Assembly (NCBI RefSeq): GCF_006345805.1 | Contig: NW_021834744.1 | Coordinates: forward strand, 1 to 26,628 | Source of the DNA: Octopus sinensis | Taxonomy: Eukaryota | DNA length: 26,628 nucleotides | Reading direction: 5' to 3' | In this document: positions 8,903 through 21,791 of the stretch, piece after piece | How the letters are laid out: each line of letters begins with the position of its first letter | Numbering within the stretch: position 1 is the stretch's first letter | The notes under the pieces: generated by a model | Told to the model about the DNA's origin: nothing | Databases searched by the model: none | Seen by the model: only the letters and a program-made list of their open reading frames with translations | Position numbers and translations under genes: made by a program

Positions 8903-9419
8903 CTGTTTGCTTTTTTAACATTTTATGAGCACATTATTGTATATTATTGGTTCTATAGATATTCATTTTTGTTAGCAAGCAAAATTAATTTTAGTTATCT
9001 ATACTATTCTAATTATAGAATATTCGTAAGCATAAATTTTCTGGAAATATAATTATTCAATATGTTCCAATTTATTCCATTCAGTTACAATAAATGCAAA
9101 AATTATATGGTTATATTTATTATTGTATATCATGAAAGATATGTTTTTTAATAGATGATTAATCCCACCAAATCGATATATCTTCGTACTACACAAATAA
9201 ATTTTGCAGTTATACTGACGAACACTTATTAGTATGAAATGGTGCTATACACGATTAGCTATGATCAGAAATTCTATGTTTTTAACTACAATTGATTAAA
9301 TGCAGAATACGCAAGATATTTGAGGAGCGGTTTATGTTTATAAAAAAAATACAGATATATAATAACTGTATTTATTAAAAATACTATGAGGATAAAAATA
9401 AACCTTCTTTTCTATAATG

Positions 9420-10440
9420 TTATTCAATAAAGCCATCTTCAGTTTCAACAACTGCTTCTGTATGAGATCTAAATCATCTACATGCTCGAATCAAGTGGCC
9501 CTAATTCCTTTTAGAAATTACTCTGAATATGGAACATTTCATAGAATCTTTCGTACTCTGGGCGTGTACTTTGACCTCTCTCTCAACAACGCTCTACGTG
9601 TAATAGTCCAATGGATTGAGATCTGGGGAATTAGGAGGCAAAATGTTAGCAGCTATGTGATCATCCATTCAGCCATCCATTCCTGTGTTACTAGAGCTAT
9701 ATGTGATAGTGCAGAGTCTTACTGAAACACATATGGCCTTCCATTGCATACACTGTCTATCCGGGGATTAGCAATTATTTTCAGGACCTCAAGGTAGGTG
9801 GCAGAGTCAACTCTTAGACCTTGTGGTAAGAAGTAAGGAGGCATCACATATCCTTCATTACTGCCAACTCCTAAAACCATGACAGTTGCAGGAACTTTTG
9901 TGTGCACAACACTTGGAACTTCAGAAGTCTCTGCACACAAGCACCGGTCATTTCTTCTGTTAACTTTCTGATCTTGGTCGAGGTTTTTCGCGCTTGAGCA
10001 AAACAAAATCAATTCTGCTGGATTTTTCAGTTTGTTTAAGTGTCTTTTAGATCTGATGTAATGATTTTCTTTTGCTTTTTCGGACAAACAAACCTTTCCT
10101 CATCATATAAGATTTATAACTGATATCTTCGTAGACAACATTTCTGAATGTTCCTACTGGCACATGGAGATCTTTTGTAATTTACCTCATGGACTTTCTG
10201 GCATTGTAATCAATGGTTTGTTGAACTTGCTGGATAAATTCAGGTGTTCTGGTGATTTCAGAGCGTTTAGAATGCTTTTCATGCTTTGATATTGGGGAAA
10301 CCTTTTCCATCTTCAGTCTCTAGCGCCTTACAAACTATGTAAACGAAAGATCTGGCAAATTTTAAAACTCGAGATATTTCTATTAGTTTGTTCTGAAAAT
10401 AATGATCGCTCTACGTGTCGTGTTTTGAAATGCAATTTCA
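9420..10440 (-). mobile_element. Decayed mariner-like transposase (maT/DD37D-like)
   Basis: RTPEFIQQVQQTID, DQKVNRRNDR, TKVPATVMVLGV, YVFQ*DSA, PPNSPDLNPLDYY and a terminal GFIE*. Several stops and frameshifts; TIRs not located. Confidence 0.88.
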
Positions 10441-10610
10441 CATAGTATTTTAATTATATTCTAGGTTAATTTCGATACACTTAATAATTAATGTATGCTC
10501 TTTAATAATTTACTACTTATTTCAAACAGAAAAAAAACATTCTTGAAGTATAGGCGCCCTTCATTGTGAACATTAAAAAAAGGACCTTGACTTACTTTTC
10601 TTGCATTCCC

Positions 10611-10979
10611 CAGATACCAAACTTAGTTCACCACTTTGAGCTAGAATTCCAAAGGCAGAGTATAGAGCCTAGAATCACCCCGCAAAAAAGGAACTCAAGA
10701 CCGAGCCTTCTGCAGGAAATGTGAGGCTAATTATTTTATGGAACTCCAAAAGACCTATACTGGTGTACTATCTGGAAAAGTTGTCTACTGTCACCAGTTT
10801 AAGCTACAGTGAAATGCTAGTAAACAAACTGAAATAGGAAATTCAGCGATGTGTATTGCCAAAGCAAGTGTTATTGTTGCACGGGAATACGCGACCACAT
10901 TGAAATCATTGAAAGATTGAGTTTCGAGTTGCTGAGATATCCTGCATATAGTCCAGTCTTGCCTCTTTTGACTATCATT
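10611..10979 (+). mobile_element. Decayed mariner transposase fragment (DD34D-like)
   Basis: VHHFELE, TEPSAGNVRLIILWNSKRPILVYYLEK, VLLLHGNTRPH, FELLRYPAYSP and a terminal DYH-like motif. Cut off by the SINE at 10980. Confidence 0.8.
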
Positions 10980-11198
10980 GACGCCAGTCCATCGCAACCT
11001 TACACAAGAAACGGGAAGAGAGAATGAGAGAAAGTCGGGGTGAAAGAGTACAACAGGGGTCGCCACCCCCACCCCCCTGCCGGAGCCTAGTGGAGCTTTT
11101 ATGTGCTTTCGCTCAATAAACACACAAAATCTGGAATCGAAACCGCAATCCTCCGACCGCGAGTCCGCTGCCCTAACCGCTGGGCTATTGCGCCTCTA
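10980..11198 (-). mobile_element. OR-like SINE with partial tail Y
   Basis: tRNA-like head (gaggcgcaatagcccagcggttagggcagcggactcgcgg on the minus strand), the shared body and the first part of tail Y. Confidence 0.85.
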
Positions 11199-11664
11199 CG
11201 CCTTTATATATAGAAATCATATAGAATTATATGATTGTTCAACTCGTGATATTGTTTTAATAAACTGCATTAAAAAGTGTGTATATTCTCGATATACCAT
11301 CGTATTACCATTTTATCAATCTATTTTCAATAAAATATGCTGAATTTACCCCTTACGATTGGATACAGTTACATCATATAGATACATCACGTTCTACGCA
11401 CAGTAGAAGTATATTATTTTTTAAACTACGTTATTCTTGACGGATAATCACATAATCTATTTAATAACTTATCCTGAAGCAAAATAATAAATACTGTGAT
11501 TTAATATTCAGTCAGGATAAGTTTAATGTCTGTTGTTTTACCGTTATCTTTGTGGTCTTATTTCGCTTAATATAATAAATCACTACAGATATTAATCTTC
11601 TTGAAACTGAATATAATTCAAGATAATTCCTGATACACGCACATATATACACACATATACTTGT

Positions 11665-11699
11665 GCATGTATGTATGTATGTATATATATGTATGTATG

Positions 11700-11731
<32 letters not shown>

Positions 11732-11788
11732 TGTATGTATGTATGTATGATGTATGCATGCTGTACTTTTGTATGTATGTATTTATGT

Positions 11789-11837
<49 letters not shown>

Positions 11838-11862
11838 AGTGTGTGTGTGTGTGTGTGTGTGT
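11665..11862. repeat. (TATG)n/(TA)n/(TG)n compound microsatellite
   Basis: Directly visible. Confidence 0.95.
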
Positions 11863-12024
11863 AGGCGCAGGAGTGGCTGTGTGGTAAGTGACTTGCTTAC
11901 CAGCCACATGTTCCGGGTTCAGTACCATTGCGTGGCACCTTGGCAAGTGTCTTCTACTATAGCCTCGGGCCGACCAAAGCCTTGTTAGAGGATTTGGTAG
12001 ACGGAAACTGAAAGAAGCCTGTCG
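11863..12024 (+). mobile_element. 5' half of SINE family B
   Basis: aggcgcaggagtggctgtgtggtaag...ggttcagtacc...ccttggcaagtgtcttc...gaagcctgtcg matches the heads at 20100-20271 and 22055-22218. It ends in the family's internal TA tract. Confidence 0.88.
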
Positions 12025-12046
12025 TATATATGTGTATATATATTAT

Positions 12047-12082
<36 letters not shown>

Positions 12083-12097
12083 TTATTATATAGAAGG

Positions 12098-12148
12098 AGC
12101 TTCTACAGGACTAGAACTGTTTCATTCAAGAGAAATCTTCAGGAAGCT
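12098..12148 (-). ncRNA. Type I hammerhead ribozyme motif (type A) at the left end of the 6.4-kb inverted repeat
   Basis: Exact reverse complement of 18435-18485. Confidence 0.75.
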
Positions 12149-12301
12149 AGTTAACAAGAATTGTATTGGCATTTATACATTTAGGCAGGTTTAAAGGGGT
12201 GTTGGTGGGGGACTTTTTGGGGGTAGGCATAGCGCAAAATATCATACTTGGGGGAGTGGTCAGGGAGTCAGTGTTAAATTACATAGAAAAAAAAAAGAAA
12301 A

Positions 12302-12333
<32 letters not shown>

Positions 12334-13403
12334 GAAAAAATGGGGGAGTAGAGTGTTAGGTAAATAAGGAGATTCTCACTTATACCTATGCACATATGTA
12401 TACATATATACACAAACATACAAACATATATACATATACATACACACATACATACACACACATATATATACATATATATACACTTACACATACCTATACA
12501 TATCTACACATACACATATATGTATACATACACACACTCACATGCATACACGTACACACATGTATATATACACACACGACCACACATAATATACACAAGA
12601 AATATATATACACATACACACACATAGTCACATACACGCATACACACACATATCCACACACACACATGCACACACAGCACACTAGTCCCTATATACACAT
12701 ATATACACATACACACATATATACATACACACGCATACAATACAATACTATATATATAATATATATATATACATATGTGTACCTATGCATACCTACACAT
12801 ACACACATATATATATATATACACATACAAATACAGACCCATCCCTAATTTTAATTTTATTATCTTCGTTTATTACTTTTGTTATCTTTGGCCGCTTGGT
12901 CACAAACATCTTGGCTATGACAGCCAGTCCATATATCTGTCTACTGGGAAACAAGCACTCATTCACTCACGCACACTCTTTAGCACGTACACTCACTCAT
13001 TCGTACACTCACACATAACACGCACGCACGCGTTATATTCATACATACATACATCTACATACATTCACGTATATAACACATACGTACGCGTACTACAGAT
13101 TCATGTCTATACTTAGAAGGCTAGTCTATACATATACACCAATAAATATAAATACACACACATACATATACACCTACATACAAATACATACATGTATATA
13201 TATATATATATAATATATATATATATATAATTCACATATATATACATATATATATATATACACATATATACACACATACACACATATACATATATATACA
13301 CACATACACATACCAAATACACACATACACATACATACGTATACATACATCCATACATACATACATTTATACACATACACACACCCAGATACATACATAT
13401 ATA

Positions 13404-13436
<33 letters not shown>

Positions 13437-13814
13437 TACATTCACACACACACATACATATACATACACATACATAACAATATACGCACACACATACATA
13501 CATACACATACACGCACCTACACATGTACATGCGTACCCATACACACACACACACACACGCGCGCATCCATATATACAATAAGTACACACATGCGTAAAA
13601 GTATACATATATCTATGCTTACACATACACACACACACACGCGCCTCCTTATATTCATACTTACATGCATACTCAAAAATAAGTAAATAGTAAAATATAT
13701 ATACGCGCAGTTATTCATACATGCATACTCAAAAAATAAATAATAAATATTAAGTATATGTACGTTGCAGTTACCTATTATATAGACGGATACATACATA
13801 TAACTTACACACAC

Positions 13815-13845
<31 letters not shown>

Positions 13846-14136
13846 CATACATATATACACATATATATACATATACATATATACACATATATATACACAC
13901 ACACACATACACATATATATATATATACATACTTACACACATGTACAAATATATACACACATAGATAACTCTACGTACCTACATATACATAAACACACGA
14001 GCGTTCGCGTATATGTACATATACACATACACATACACACGCATATATATACATACATACATACACATACACACATATATACACACACACATACACACAT
14101 ATATACACACACACACATACACACATATATATATAC

Positions 14137-14189
<53 letters not shown>

Positions 14190-14414
14190 CACACACATAT
14201 ACATGTGTGCAAACATACATACATACTCATACAAGCACACACACTTACACACATATATACATACACATATACATACATACATACATATATGCATACATAC
14301 ACACACACACATATATTATATATACATACATACACATACACATACCTATAACATATAATTACACACATATATATACACATGCACATTCTTATATCTCTAC
14401 ATTACTCGCACTAT

Positions 14415-14459
<45 letters not shown>

Positions 14460-15207
14460 CATATACACACACTTACATATATATACACATCTACAATTTG
14501 TATCTACACTCACATACATGCACATACACATAACTCTACATACATACTATACATCGACATACTTCGCGTACACTCATATATATACACATATACATATACA
14601 CACACACATACATATACATATATATATACATAAATATATCATATATAATACACATATACCACACACATACATATTATATATATATATATAATACACAAAC
14701 ACACACACACACAACACACACACACACATACATATATATACATACCTACACATATACATACATGTACATATATATATACACACACATATATACATACACA
14801 CACATACATATATCAACAATTGAGGGTAAAGTTAATTAGTTATTAATCAATTTCACCAAGTATTCAGTATGTAAAAGGACCATTATTTTTTTAAGGAGAG
14901 GGCCTTAACAAAATCTCAGAACACTCCCCAAATTGTATGCATAAGAAGTATGCGAACTACAAGAACTATAGACCTACCCGGCAACCAGATTGATGACACC
15001 CCACCCACAAACCCCCCCCCCAATCCCACCGTTCCCCTAGCACCCCCGATTACCTTTTCTCCTAAGACCTTTCACATATGTGTATGTGCACGCTTGTATA
15101 TGTGTATCGTATATATGTATAGAAATGGGGTATAGTAGGAATATACGCATGTATTATGTGTGTGTGCGTGTGTATGTATGTAAAAATATATATATATATG
15201 TATGTGC

Positions 15208-15238
<31 letters not shown>

Positions 15239-15596
15239 TATATGTATGTATGTATAAATGTATATATGTGTGTATGCATATGTATGTGTATATGTATGTG
15301 TGTATGTATGTGTATGTATGTATAAAATATTATATAATTAGGGCTTAGTAAAATAAATTACTTTGCCACATACTGAACTTTCTAGAAATAGCAGCCAAAT
15401 AAGTTTTTTAGCCTCTTCCACTACTTAGAGAATATCTTCCCTCAGACACTGTTTACTCAAAAAAATAATGGTCCTTTTACATACTGAATACTTGGTGAAA
15501 TTGATTAATAACTAATTAACTTTACCCTCAATTGTTGATATATGTATGTGTGTGTATATATATATGTACATGTATGTATATGTGTATGTATGTATG

Positions 15597-15627
<31 letters not shown>

Positions 15628-15628
15628 T

Positions 15629-15671
<43 letters not shown>

Positions 15672-15728
15672 ATATGTGTATTATATATGTATATATTTAT
15701 GTATATATATATGTATGTGTGTGTGTTT

Positions 15729-15764
<36 letters not shown>

Positions 15765-15994
15765 ATATGTGTATTATATATGTATATATTTATGTATATA
15801 TATATGTATATGTATATGTATGTGTATATGTATATATGTGTATATATATGAGTGTACGCGAGTATGTCGATGTATATGTAGGTATGTAGAGTTATGTGTA
15901 TGTGCATGTATGTGAGTGTAGTAGATACAAATTGTAGATGTGTATATATATGTAAGTGTATATATACATGTATATAGGTATATGTATGTGTGTG

Positions 15995-16040
<46 letters not shown>

Positions 16041-17135
16041 GCGAGTATGTAGAGATATAAGTATGTGCATGTGTATATATATGTGTGTATATATATATAG
16101 GTATGTGTATGTGTATGTATGTATATATATATATGTGTGTGTGTATGTATGCATATATGTATGTATGTATATGTGTATGTGTAAGTGTGTGTAAGTGTGT
16201 GTATATATGTAAATGTAAGTGTGTGTGCTTGTATGAGTATGTATGTATGTTTGCACACATGTATATGTGTGTGTATGTGTATATATATATATATATGTAT
16301 ATATATATAAGTATATATATATGTATATATATATAAGTATATATATATGTATATATATATAAGTATATATATATGTATATATATATAAGTATATATATAT
16401 ATGTGTATATATATAAGTATATATATATGTGTATATGTGTGTGTGTGTATATATGTGTATATGTGTGTATGTGTATGTATGTATGTATATATATGCGAAC
16501 GCTCGTGTGTTTATGTATATGTAGGTACGTAGTTATCTATGTGTGTATATATTTGTACATGTGTGTAAGTATGTATATGTGTGTATGTGTGTGTGTAAGT
16601 ATGTATATGTGTATGTGTGTGTGTGTATATATATGTGTATATATGTATATGTATAATATGTGTATATATGTATGTATATATATGTATATGTATATATATG
16701 TGTATATATGTATGTATATATATATAATATAATATATATATATATAATATATTATATATATATGTGTGTTGTAAGTTTATATGTATGTATCCGTCTATAA
16801 ATAGGTAACTGCACGTACATATACTTAATATTTATATTTATTTTTTGAGTATGCATGTATGAATAACTGCGCGTATATATATTTTACTATTTACTTATTT
16901 TTTGAGTATGCATGTAAGTATGAATATAAGGAGGCGCGTGTGTGTGTGTGTATGTGTAAGCATAGATATATGTATACTTTTACGCATGTGTGTACTTTTG
17001 TGTATATATGGATGCGCGCGTGTGTGTGTATGGGTACGCATGTACATGTGTATGTGCGTGTATGTGTATATGAGTATGTATGTATGTGTGTGCGTATATT
17101 TGTATATGTATGTATGTATATGTATGTGTGTGTGA

Positions 17136-17178
<43 letters not shown>

Positions 17179-17316
17179 TATATATGTATGTATCTGGGTG
17201 TGTGTATGTGTATAAATGTATGGATGTATGTATGTATGTATACGTATGTATGTGTATGTGTGTATATGTATGTATGTGTATGTGTGTATATATATGTATA
17301 TGTGTGTATGTGTGTA

Positions 17317-17365
<49 letters not shown>

Positions 17366-18434
17366 GTGTATTGTATGTATGTAGGTGTATATGTATGTGT
17401 GTGTATTTTATTTATTGGTGTATATGTATAGACTAGCCTTCTAAGAGTATAGACATGAATCTGTAGGTACCGCGTACGTATGTGTATATACGTGAATGTA
17501 TGTAGATGTATGTATGTATGAATATAACGCGTGCGTGCGTGCGTGTAGTGGATGAGTGTACGAATGAGTGAGTGTACGTGCTAAAGAGTGTGCGTGAGTG
17601 AGTGATGAGTGCTTGTTTTCCAGTAGACAGATATATGGACTGGCTGTCATAGCCAAGATGTTTGTGACAAGCGGCCAAAGATAACAAAAGTAATAAACGA
17701 AGATAATAAAATTAAAATTAGGGAATGGGTCTGTATTTGTAGTGTATATATATATATGTGTGTATGTGTAGGTATGCATAGGTACACATATGTATATATA
17801 TATATATATATATATGTATTGTATATGTATGTGTGTGTATGTATATATGTGTGTATGTGTAATATGTGTATATAGGGACTAGTGTGCTGTGTGTGCATGT
17901 GTGTGGTGTGGATATGTGTGTGTGTATTCGTGTATGTGAGTATTGTGTGTTATGTGTATATATATTTTTCTGTGTGTATATGTATGTGTGGTCGTGTGTG
18001 TATATATACATGTGTGTATACGTGTATGCATGTGAGTGTGTGTATGTATACATATATGTGTATGTGTAGATATGTATATGTATGTGTAAGTGTATATATA
18101 TGTATATATATGTGTGTGTATGTATGTGTGTATGTATATGTATATATGTTTGTATGTGTGTGTATATATGTATACATATGTGCATAGGTATAAGTGAGAA
18201 TCTCCTTATTTACCTAACACTCTACTCCCCCATTTTTTCTATATATATATTTTTTATATATATTTTTTTATTTTATTTTTTTTTTTATTTATTCTTCTAT
18301 CTAATTTAACACTGACTCCCTGACCATTCCCCCAAGTATGATATTTTGCGCTATGCCTACCCCCAAAACGTCCCCCACCAACACCCCTTTAAACCTGCCT
18401 AAATGTATAAATGCCAATACAATTCTTGTTAACT

Positions 18435-18485
18435 AGCTTCCTGAAGATTTCTCTTGAATGAAACAGTTCTAGTCCTGTAGAAGCT
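18435..18485 (+). ncRNA. Type I hammerhead ribozyme motif (type A) at the right end of the 6.4-kb inverted repeat
   Basis: AGCTTC-CTGAAGA(18441-47)-TTTC(TCTT)GAAT-GAAA(18460-63)-CAG(TTCTAGTC)CTG-TA|GAAGCT; predicted cleavage after 18479. Confidence 0.75.
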
Positions 18486-18570
18486 CCTTCTATATAATAA
18501 ATTAATTTTACTCTGCTATGTATTGAGTACCTTATTTACTGTGGTTAACCCCGAATCAACCCGGGACTAC
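18486..18570 (+). mobile_element. Type A terminal tail with AATAAA and terminal CCCG/CGGG hairpin, then (TA)n
   Basis: Nearly identical to 1496-1582. Confidence 0.8.
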
Positions 18571-18599
18571 TATATATATATATATATATATATATTATG

Positions 18600-18678
18600 T
18601 GTGTGTATATGTTTGCGTGGTTGTTTGATAAATTGTCGAACCCTCATACGTCGTTTAACAACGGGAGAGTCCATCATA
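18600..18678 (+). mobile_element. Isolated 3' end of SINE tail W
   Basis: gtcgaaccctcatacgtcgtttaacaacgggagagtccat resembles the reverse complement of 1731-1770. Confidence 0.5.
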
Positions 18679-18685
18679 GTTACAC

Positions 18686-19199
18686 AGATAGATAGATTGA
18701 TAGATAGATAGATAGATAGGTAGGTAGGTAGGTAGGTAGGTAGGTAGGTAGATAGATAAATAGATAGATAGATAGGTAGGTAGGTAGATAGATAGATAGG
18801 TAGATAGGTAGGTTGCAAGGTAGGTGGATGGATGGATGGACGGATGGATGGATGGATGGTAAGTAAGTAAGGCGGCGAGCTCGTAGAAACGTTTGCATGC
18901 CGGGCGAAATGCTTAGCGGTATTTCGTCTGCGTTACGTTGTGAGTTCAAATTCCGCCGAGGTCGACTTTGCCTTTCATCCTTTCGGGATCGATAAATTAA
19001 GTACCAGTTACGCACTGGGGTCGATGTAATCGACTTAATACCTATGTCTGTCCTTGTTTGTCCCCTCTGTGTTTAGCCCCTTGTGGGTAATAAAGAAATA
19101 GATAGATAGATAGTAGATAGATAGATAGATGGATGGATAGATAAATAGATAGATGGATGGATAGATAAATAGATGGATAGATAGATAGATAAATAGATG

Positions 19200-19235
<36 letters not shown>
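18686..19235. repeat. (GATA)n/(GGTA)n/(GGAT)n tetranucleotide array split by a SINE
   Basis: Directly visible at 18686-18870 and 19097-19235. Confidence 0.95.
18871..19100 (+). mobile_element. Full-length SINE family C
   Basis: Head ggcggcgagctcgtagaaac with B-box-like gagttcaaattcc, core gcctttcatcctttcgggatcgataaattaagtaccag and tail ...taataaagaaata. Confidence 0.88.
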
Positions 19236-19313
19236 CTGGTACTAGTTAACAATAGTAAACACTTGTACTTTTAGTCATATGTAACATTTAGAGTCTAGAA
19301 CACGATATTAATA

Positions 19314-19436
19314 TGAGCGGTGTATGAAAAGTCTTGAGCCTTCAAGGCCGTTGAGCCTCGGAGTCTTGTACCTTCATCAGAAGACTTGTACCATGTTTTG
19401 TTTTTCTGAGGCTCAAGATTTTTCGTTTACCCCTTG
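19314..19436. mobile_element. Mariner-type MITE with TA TSD
   Basis: Imperfect ~28-bp TIRs tgagcggtgtatgaaaagtcttgagcct and aggctcaagatttttcgtttaccccttg, with TA at 19312-13 and 19437-38. Confidence 0.7.
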
Positions 19437-19853
19437 TATTTGTTTGTTACATTTAAAATCCTATTATCTTTAGTAGGATAACCTTAAGCAACATTTTTGC
19501 TGAAAAATTGATAGCTCTCTTTCTCCATAGTTGCGTTTTAATTTCAAGTTCAATAAATTTAAATCTTTTATTTATTTCAGCTTCGAAATAATGAAATGTA
19601 TTCTACGCTAATTATGACGCGTACTGCTATGAAATGTAACTTAGAACGTTGATTAATTTATATTAGATTATTAAATTATATTAATCTTACGCAAAACTCT
19701 TATTATCACCTGAATAATATGTTTTTTTCTTTTCACGATTTCATAACTGCAATTAATCTCTATGCATAAAAATAAAACAACAAAGTTTATAATATATTTC
19801 TTTAAAATGTCTGCAATAGTATTTGTCATAAACATTATCATAATTTTTTATAA

Positions 19854-20271
19854 ACTCTTACTCTCTATTCTTTTACTTGTTTCAGTCATTTCACTGCGGC
19901 CATGCTGGAGCACCGCCTTTAGTCGAGCAAATCGACCCCGGGACTTATTCTTTGTAAGCCCAGTACTTATTCTATCGATCTCTTTTGCCGAACCGCTAAC
20001 TGACGTGGACATAAATACACCAGCATCGGTTGTCAAGCAATGCTAGGGAGACAAACACAGACACACAGACATATACACACACACACATATATATATATAC
20101 ATATAGACGACAGGCTTCTTTCAGTTTCCGTCTACCAAATCCACTCACAAAGCATTGGTCGGTCCGGGGCTATAGCAGAAGACACTTGCCCAAGATGCCA
20201 CGCAGTAGGGCTGAGCCCGGAACCATGTGGTTGGTTAGCAAGCTACATACCACACAGCCACTCCTGCGTCT
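19854..20271 (-). mobile_element. Full-length SINE family B with internal CA/TA tract
   Basis: Head, internal microsatellite (about 20055-20105) and 3' tail ggcggtgctccagcatggccgcagt...gaaacaagtaaaag. Collinear with 21792-22218. Confidence 0.9.
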
Positions 20272-20448
20272 AGAGATTATTAACTAAAATTGCATATATT
20301 AAAGTATCACCTCAACGAACATACACACACATACACACACACATACACACACACGCACACGTACACGTAAACACACAATTCGTTCAATAAAGTTTTAATC
20401 CATAAATCATCAGAGCCCATAGCGTCTCGTATTAAACATATATTGCAC

Positions 20449-20854
20449 CTTTTCGGTTTGAACGGCAGTTTTTAACATAATTTCTAGGTAACTAAAACAT
20501 TTTAAACTTCGTATACTAGTAGAATGTGTTTATAAAACATCTTTTTCTCTTGGCTTTATTGAGAAAATTCGATGGTTTGTAAGATATTTGTTGTTGTTTT
20601 TTCTCCAATTTCTGCAATTTCAGCCAATCAATGACGTCTATTGAGGTAAAAAAAAAAAACATTCTGTGCTATATGAATATGTCCCAAAACAGATTGGGTT
20701 TATTTACATTTGTGAAGAAAAAAAGATACCCTTCCCCCACCCCTAACCCTAAAACAGATTGAAATGCAATAGATCGATACTAGGTCATAATTATGGGTGA
20801 TAATTTCATATGACACCGCTAGAAAAATACTGCCGTTCAAACCGAAAAGATCCC
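20449..20854. mobile_element. MITE-like element with perfect 21-bp TIR
   Basis: cttttcggtttgaacggcagt (20449-20469) and actgccgttcaaaccgaaaag (20829-20849). No TSD recognised. Confidence 0.75.
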
Positions 20855-21101
20855 ATATAACGGCCCAATTGATTATTTATGGCGAATCTTTTTATATCTA
20901 ACAAAAGCTTCCCTTCATGAATTTCTACAGGTTAGCCTGTGGTCTATATTCTGAGCATATTTAAATACGAAATAAATTTATTTCTCACGTGTATCTGAAT
21001 AAAACTATTTCTTGAACAGTCAACATTACAGGCGTATCGTAACACACACTCACACGTATGTATGCATACATCTAAGCATGTATGCATGAATATATACTTT
21101 A

Positions 21102-21134
<33 letters not shown>

Positions 21135-21137
<3 letters not shown>

Positions 21138-21436
21138 CCCAGTAATTAGGGGAGCGGACTCGCGGTTGTAGGATCGTGGTTTCTATCCCTAGACCGGCCG
21201 TTGTGAGTGTTTATTGAGCGAAAACACCTAAAAGTTCCACGAGGCTCCGGCAGGGGGTGGTGGTAATCCCTGCTGTCCTCTTTCGCCACAACTTTCTCTC
21301 ACTCTTTCTTCCGTTGGCCTGCTCGCTTAGCCAGCGGGGTGGCGTCATTTGAAGGCTAAAACAATGTGAAGCGCATTGTGACCAGCGATATGTAGCAACA
21401 CCTGATAGCCAAGTCGGTCACGGTGATCGCGGTGAT
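21135..21436 (+). mobile_element. OR-like SINE with a third tail (type Z)
   Basis: Same head and body as 23653-23830, then an unrelated tail ggcctgctcgcttagccagc...cacggtgatcgcggtgat. Confidence 0.8.
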
Positions 21437-21791
21437 ATATATATATATAATTTCTGTTTTTAATACTTTTAATACATGATTATATCTACAGGCAATCAAG
21501 CATTGATTGAAAGATCACTAAGTTTTATCTAATGATTTCATTTCTACAATAAACGGTCTTAAAAGCTGCAACTGTTTAAGGGGTTACAAGATGCATCAGT
21601 TGCGGCTATACACACAGGCACACGTACGTGCGCATACATATAAAAATAGAAAGAGAGAGAGAGAAAGAAAGTGAGTGAGAGACAGAGGAAGGGAATGAGC
21701 GAGAGGGATAAAAGACGAGTAAACAGCGAGACAGATGAACAAATGGAAGAAAAGACTTCTCAACAAGTTTAGGCAAACTTTGGTATTTGTA

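Larger units (their letters stand above)
12081..18502. repeat. 6.4-kb inverted repeat: arms 12081-14892 and 15459-18502, spacer 14893-15458
   Basis: Unique islands mirror in order: 12081-12400/18180-18502, 12830-13130/17430-17740, 13620-13800/16770-16950, 13970-14010/16490-16535, 14490-14575/15845-15940, 14810-14892/15459-15540. Confidence 0.95.

Noticed and set aside
9215-9250. CTGACGA...GAAA hammerhead-like spacing
   Set aside because: Stems I and II do not pair.
18185-18235. GIY-YIG C-terminal-like peptide ENLLIYLTLYSP upstream of the type A HHR
   Set aside because: The position fits a PLE, but the match is too short and is bounded by microsatellite.
11512-18309. Dozens of ORFs rich in Y/I/H/T or C/V/M
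   Set aside because: They are translations of TA/CA/TG microsatellites, open in several frames on both strands, with no domain signal.
19360-19390. CTGATGA on the minus strand inside the MITE
   Set aside because: No downstream GAAA at a usable distance.
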